Shown: positions 61,131-64,000 of the stretch, piece by piece
Numbering within the stretch: position 1 is the first letter of the stretch
Layout: each line of letters begins with the position of its first letter
Source: Acinetobacter phage Acba_11
Sequence record: OQ101254.1
Direction: 5' to 3' (one strand)
DNA length: 64,000 nt
Program-made: the position numbers and the translations under genes
The notes under the pieces: model-generated
Seen by the model: only the letters and a program-made list of their open reading frames with translations
Database searches by the model: none
Told to the model about the DNA's origin: nothing

Positions 61131-62008
61131 GCATTGCCTTGTGTACCAATTAAAGAATGCTTGCGACTACTACAAGCGCTAACGATTTCAGCTTCACAAT
61201 TAGTGCCTTTGAACTGTGAATAGATGATTCCAAGTTCAGCGACATCTGTAGTTGCATTGATACGCTTGATAGCTTCATCAAAAGCTGCTTGAAGCGCTTC
61301 TTCTTGACTACGACCATCGTTAAGCCAAGCAATAAGCTTTTCACCTGTTTCCTTTGTGATTACTTCACCGGCAGGATTAAATAGTTTGGTACGGTCTTTG
61401 GTTGGTAAAACAACATGGCTTTCATGCACTACATCAAGCGCAACTGTTAGTTCATACTCATAGCCATCACGTTGCTCAGCCTTCATACCAAGCTTCATGA
61501 TTTTCTTGTTTTCACCTTGAACTGTCTCAGTTTTAGCGCGAGTAGTTGAGATGATGTGCATATCTGTTTGAAGGATTGCATCAATGAATTTACGGTGACG
61601 CGGTGTAGTTTCAGACCATGCTGACCATGTGTTACCACGGAATTTGTTCGCTGCTGTCTGATCATTAATTTCCAAACATCCACCAGTTCCAATCCATTCA
61701 TGACTAGCACTATCAATGATAAGAACTTCATAGCCCATGTTATGTGCTGCATGGATCGCACCAGCAAAGCGTTCAGGACTATAGGGCGGCTTTAATGGCA
61801 ATGTGTCAAAGGTAAATTCATTTGCATATAAAGATGCAGATTCATTTTCTGTATCAATAACTGCAATCTTTTTGCCAAGACTTGAAGCCAACACAAGGGC
61901 AGAGTAGGTTTTACCCGAACCACTGGCGCCATTAAGATTTAGCTTAAGCTTTGCTTTTTTACGTTCTGCTTTAGTGAAAGAGAACTGTTCTTTACTTTGC
62001 ATGTTCAT
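61127..62008 (-). CDS. RecA-fold ATPase, Sak4-like (candidate single-strand annealing/recombination protein)
   Basis: Walker A NLNGASGSGKTYSALVLA, Walker B VLIIDSASHEW. Size and position typical of phage Sak4. Confidence 0.6.
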   Translation of the reverse strand: MNMQSKEQFSFTKAERKKAKLKLNLNGASGSGKTYSALVLASSLGKKIAVIDTENESASLYANEFTFDTLPLKPPYSPERFAGAIHAAHNMGYEVLIIDSASHEWIGTGGCLEINDQTAANKFRGNTWSAWSETTPRHRKFIDAILQTDMHIISTTRAKTETVQGENKKIMKLGMKAEQRDGYEYELTVALDVVHESHVVLPTKDRTKLFNPAGEVITKETGEKLIAWLNDGRSQEEALQAAFDEAIKRINATTDVAELGIIYSQFKGTNCEAEIVSACSSRKHSLIGTQGNA

Positions 62009-62010
62009 CT

Positions 62011-62331
62011 TTAATCACCTTTATATTTCGAATTTGAATAAATCGGAGACAGTTCACGAGTCGTTTCTTCTTTCTTAACTACGACTTGATTAACTGGTCC
62101 GCATTTGTAATTTGGTTCTTTCTCGCCGATTGGTGTGCAATGCTCTAAAGTTAATGCCCATCTCTTCCAAGACTTTGAAAGTGCATCCCAGTAGAACATC
62201 TGGTCTTTATTTGCTTTCAGTTTCCAATCGCTGCCACCAAAAGTGCTGTAGTGAGTTGCTTCATCTTCTTCACCAACACAGCAACCAAATTGTTCAAGAA
62301 ATTCTGCATTGAAGAAAAAGCCCATACACAC
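62011..62331 (-). CDS. Hypothetical protein
   Basis: ORF in operon. Confidence 0.4.
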   Translation of the reverse strand: MCMGFFFNAEFLEQFGCCVGEEDEATHYSTFGGSDWKLKANKDQMFYWDALSKSWKRWALTLEHCTPIGEKEPNYKCGPVNQVVVKKEETTRELSPIYSNSKYKGD

Positions 62332-62332
62332 C

Positions 62333-62542
62333 TCACGCTTTAATAGTTGCTAAAAGTTTTGCAGTGTGTTGGCGCTCCATTTCTGCAATCTTGCGTTGCC
62401 AGTTGCGGTATTCTTTAGAGTCGATGTCACCACGTTGGAAAGCATATTCAACTGCACCTGCTAGAAGCTCGGGATGTTTGCTTAAGTCTTTCAAAAGCTT
62501 TGATTCAGCAGCATCAAACGAGATATTGGCTAACATATTCAT
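62333..62542 (-). CDS. Hypothetical protein
   Basis: ORF in operon. Confidence 0.4.
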   Translation of the reverse strand: MNMLANISFDAAESKLLKDLSKHPELLAGAVEYAFQRGDIDSKEYRNWQRKIAEMERQHTAKLLATIKA

Positions 62543-63327
62543 GAGTTAGTACCTCTCAGCTTGTCTGCAAATGCATTGCGTTCTTCGCGAGTTTTGAACT
62601 CGTAAGTGACTGCATACACCAATGAATTGTGTTGAGTTTCTTTGTTTGGTTTAGGAAGCTCAGCGTTTACGGTTAGTGTGGTTGGTTTGAGGCGATACTT
62701 AAAACCACTTTCCTTAATGCGCTCTTCATCAATGAAGTTCTTAGCATTAATGTTTGTGATATCTAAGTCTGTCCAATTAGGAAAGTCTTTACTGATCCAT
62801 TGAACAAGGCGTCCACATGCTATATATCGCAACGCCTCCGCACCGCTAATCAAGGCTGGGTCTTGGGTAATTGGTTTTAACTTTGCTAGTGTTTCTGCAT
62901 TTCCACTTAAGTCAGAAATTACCCATTCATTTGCTGATTCAGCATAGAAAAATAAACGGTTATCACTTGTCTGATATAAGTTATAGTGCGTCCCATCACT
63001 TACATTCGCATCCTTCACATCATTCCGATGCAAAACAACAAGGTCTCGAAGCTGAGGAAGGGTGAGTTCTTTAAATACAAGTGGAGAATCAATATGAGTG
63101 CCACTTGAATATGCAATTTCACCTTTCTCTTTAGCTAGAATCCAATGTGCTTTTAGCAAGCAATCTTGTTCATCAAACTTCTTTGGTGTCCATACATAGC
63201 CAAGGTCATTAAGGGCCTTGATAATCTCATTTGTGTGAGTATTAATGATTTTGTAGTTATCCATGAGAGGGCTCCTTGTCTTGCTCACCCTCACTAAGCT
63301 CTTTAAGTCCTTTAAGGGTTTGTTCAA
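62539..63327 (-). CDS. Hypothetical protein (262 aa)
   Basis: ORF in operon. Confidence 0.45.
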   Translation of the reverse strand: MNKPLKDLKSLVRVSKTRSPLMDNYKIINTHTNEIIKALNDLGYVWTPKKFDEQDCLLKAHWILAKEKGEIAYSSGTHIDSPLVFKELTLPQLRDLVVLHRNDVKDANVSDGTHYNLYQTSDNRLFFYAESANEWVISDLSGNAETLAKLKPITQDPALISGAEALRYIACGRLVQWISKDFPNWTDLDITNINAKNFIDEERIKESGFKYRLKPTTLTVNAELPKPNKETQHNSLVYAVTYEFKTREERNAFADKLRGTNS

Positions 63328-63484
63328 CTAAGTGTGAGAAATCAACTTCATAACTAATTCTTGAACCATCTTCAGATTTAAGCTTCAATGAGATGCTTGG
63401 AAGCTCTATGCCTTCATGTTCAACAAGCATCATTAGGGCTTCAATTACCACAACTGAAACGGTTGCAACTGATTTTGTATCCAT
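63257..63484 (-). CDS. Hypothetical acidic protein
   Basis: ORF in operon. Confidence 0.35.
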   Translation of the reverse strand: MDTKSVATVSVVVIEALMMLVEHEGIELPSISLKLKSEDGSRISYEVDFSHLVEQTLKGLKELSEGEQDKEPSHG

Positions 63485-63669
63485 TAGTTAGCTCCTTCCA
63501 CTTGCACACGCACATACATGTTCTGTTTTGCTTTGAGTTCGTTGACGTGTTGCTCGTCGGCACATGAACGAAGAAGACCAACAAACAAGAAGAAAACAAT
63601 CCAAAACAATAAGAAGCCTGATGTGCCATCAATGAAAGCCTGCTTGATTGAATATTTATTCTGAATCAT
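63484..63669 (-). CDS. Small membrane protein, 61 aa (ATG at 63669 with GAGGAG RBS; ORF open to 63705)
   Basis: Hydrophobic segment SGFLLFWIVFFLFVGLL. RBS GAGGAGACTAGCAATG. Confidence 0.4.
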   Translation of the reverse strand: MIQNKYSIKQAFIDGTSGFLLFWIVFFLFVGLLRSCADEQHVNELKAKQNMYVRVQVEGAN

Positions 63670-64000
63670 TGCTAGTCTCCTCAACTGGATGAACGTAGCT
63701 ATCACACATATTCAAAAGCATTGATTTATGCTGATTCCAGAATTCAAGTGCTTCGCTATCCATGCGTGTGATACGTGCATCGTCAAATGACTTCCAATCT
63801 GCAACCGCATGTTCTTGGCAGCCAATACGCATCTTGCCTAAGCCACTGATAATCACATCCCAGCGCAACCCGTAGACAATAAGTGGGGCAGCTTTAGCAC
63901 AGCTAAGGTTGGCACCGCGAAGGTCGGCATCGCGAAGGTTGGCACAGCTAAGGTTGGCACCGCGAAGGTCGGCATCGCGAAGGTTGGCATAGCTAAGGTT
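63656..64000 (-). CDS. Pentapeptide-repeat protein, C-terminal part (gene continues beyond the window end)
   Basis: The reading frame of ORF 63656..63868 stays open upstream through ...NLSYANLRDADLRGANLSCANLRDADLRGANLSCAKAAPLIVYG..., which are canonical A(D/N)LxG/x pentapeptide repeats. The in-track TTG start is probably internal. Confidence 0.55.
   Translation of the reverse strand, partial: NLSYANLRDADLRGANLSCANLRDADLRGANLSCAKAAPLIVYGLRWDVIISGLGKMRIGCQEHAVADWKSFDDARITRMDSEALEFWNQHKSMLLNMCDSYVHPVEETSNDSE

Larger units (their letters stand above)
1..64000. mobile_element. Temperate siphophage genome (mosaic: SPP1/Mu-like head genes, lambda-like tail genes, P4-type integrase) filling the entire window
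   Basis: Continuous phage gene order: cro-like, O-like, DnaB, Dam, terminase, portal, capsid, lambda V/G/T/H/M/L/K/I/J homologs, holin, endolysin, integrase and excisionase. No recognisable host genes. Confidence 0.85.

Noticed and set aside
63881-64000. 15-nt periodic direct repeats resembling a short CRISPR-like or tandem-repeat array at the window end
   Set aside because: The period is 15 nt with no spacers and it stays in one open reading frame on the minus strand, encoding ANLxx pentapeptide repeats. It is coding sequence, not CRISPR.

Overview
The whole window is a temperate, mosaic siphophage genome, in excised-form gene order rather than a host locus. It is AT-rich, with many packed, translationally coupled ORFs, and I see no host housekeeping genes. 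The host is probably an AT-rich Gram-negative; the P4-type integrase and GH108 endolysin make Acinetobacter/Moraxellaceae a low-confidence guess.

Gene order, left to right:
- OR-like operators and a cro-like HTH gene.
- A lambda O-like replication initiator with internal iterons and an AT-rich unwinding element.
- A DnaB helicase.
- About 12 small early ORFs, including a DUF1064 protein and an HNH-like fragment.
- A 187-aa candidate late regulator.
- A late-promoter/qut-like element.
- An insulated 76-aa mini-gene made of tail-fibre repeat units.
- A Dam methyltransferase.
- Packaging/head module A: Vsr-like nuclease, HExxH protein, TerS, TerL, portal, Mu-F/SPP1-gp7-like morphogenesis protein, moron slot, scaffold, major capsid protein and six connector/completion genes.
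- A NinB-like recombination gene.
- A diverged second copy (module B) of the same 17-gene module.
- A lambda-like tail module:
  - major tail protein;
  - G/G-T chaperone with a canonical GGGAAAG -1 frameshift site;
  - an immI-like accessory island (divergent Arc-like RHH pair, Ant antirepressor, lipoprotein, 49-aa membrane peptide);
  - a second chaperone paralog;
  - a 1341-aa tape measure with an embedded lytic transglycosylase domain;
  - M, an extra ORF, L, K and I;
  - a 3489-aa J-like tail fibre.
- Two unknown ORFs, a holin, a GH108 endolysin and a 45-aa lipoprotein.
- A putative attP region, a P4-type integrase (-) and Xis (-).
- An early-left operon (-) with a small MTase, a Sak4-like ATPase and a pentapeptide-repeat protein that runs off the window end.

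The most unusual thing is the tandem, non-identical duplication of the entire packaging/capsid module inside one phage genome, with patchy near-identity between the copies. The last line of the sequence as printed implies 64001 bases rather than 64000. For that reason, hand-derived coordinates for non-ORF elements may be off by 1-2 nt, especially near the window end.
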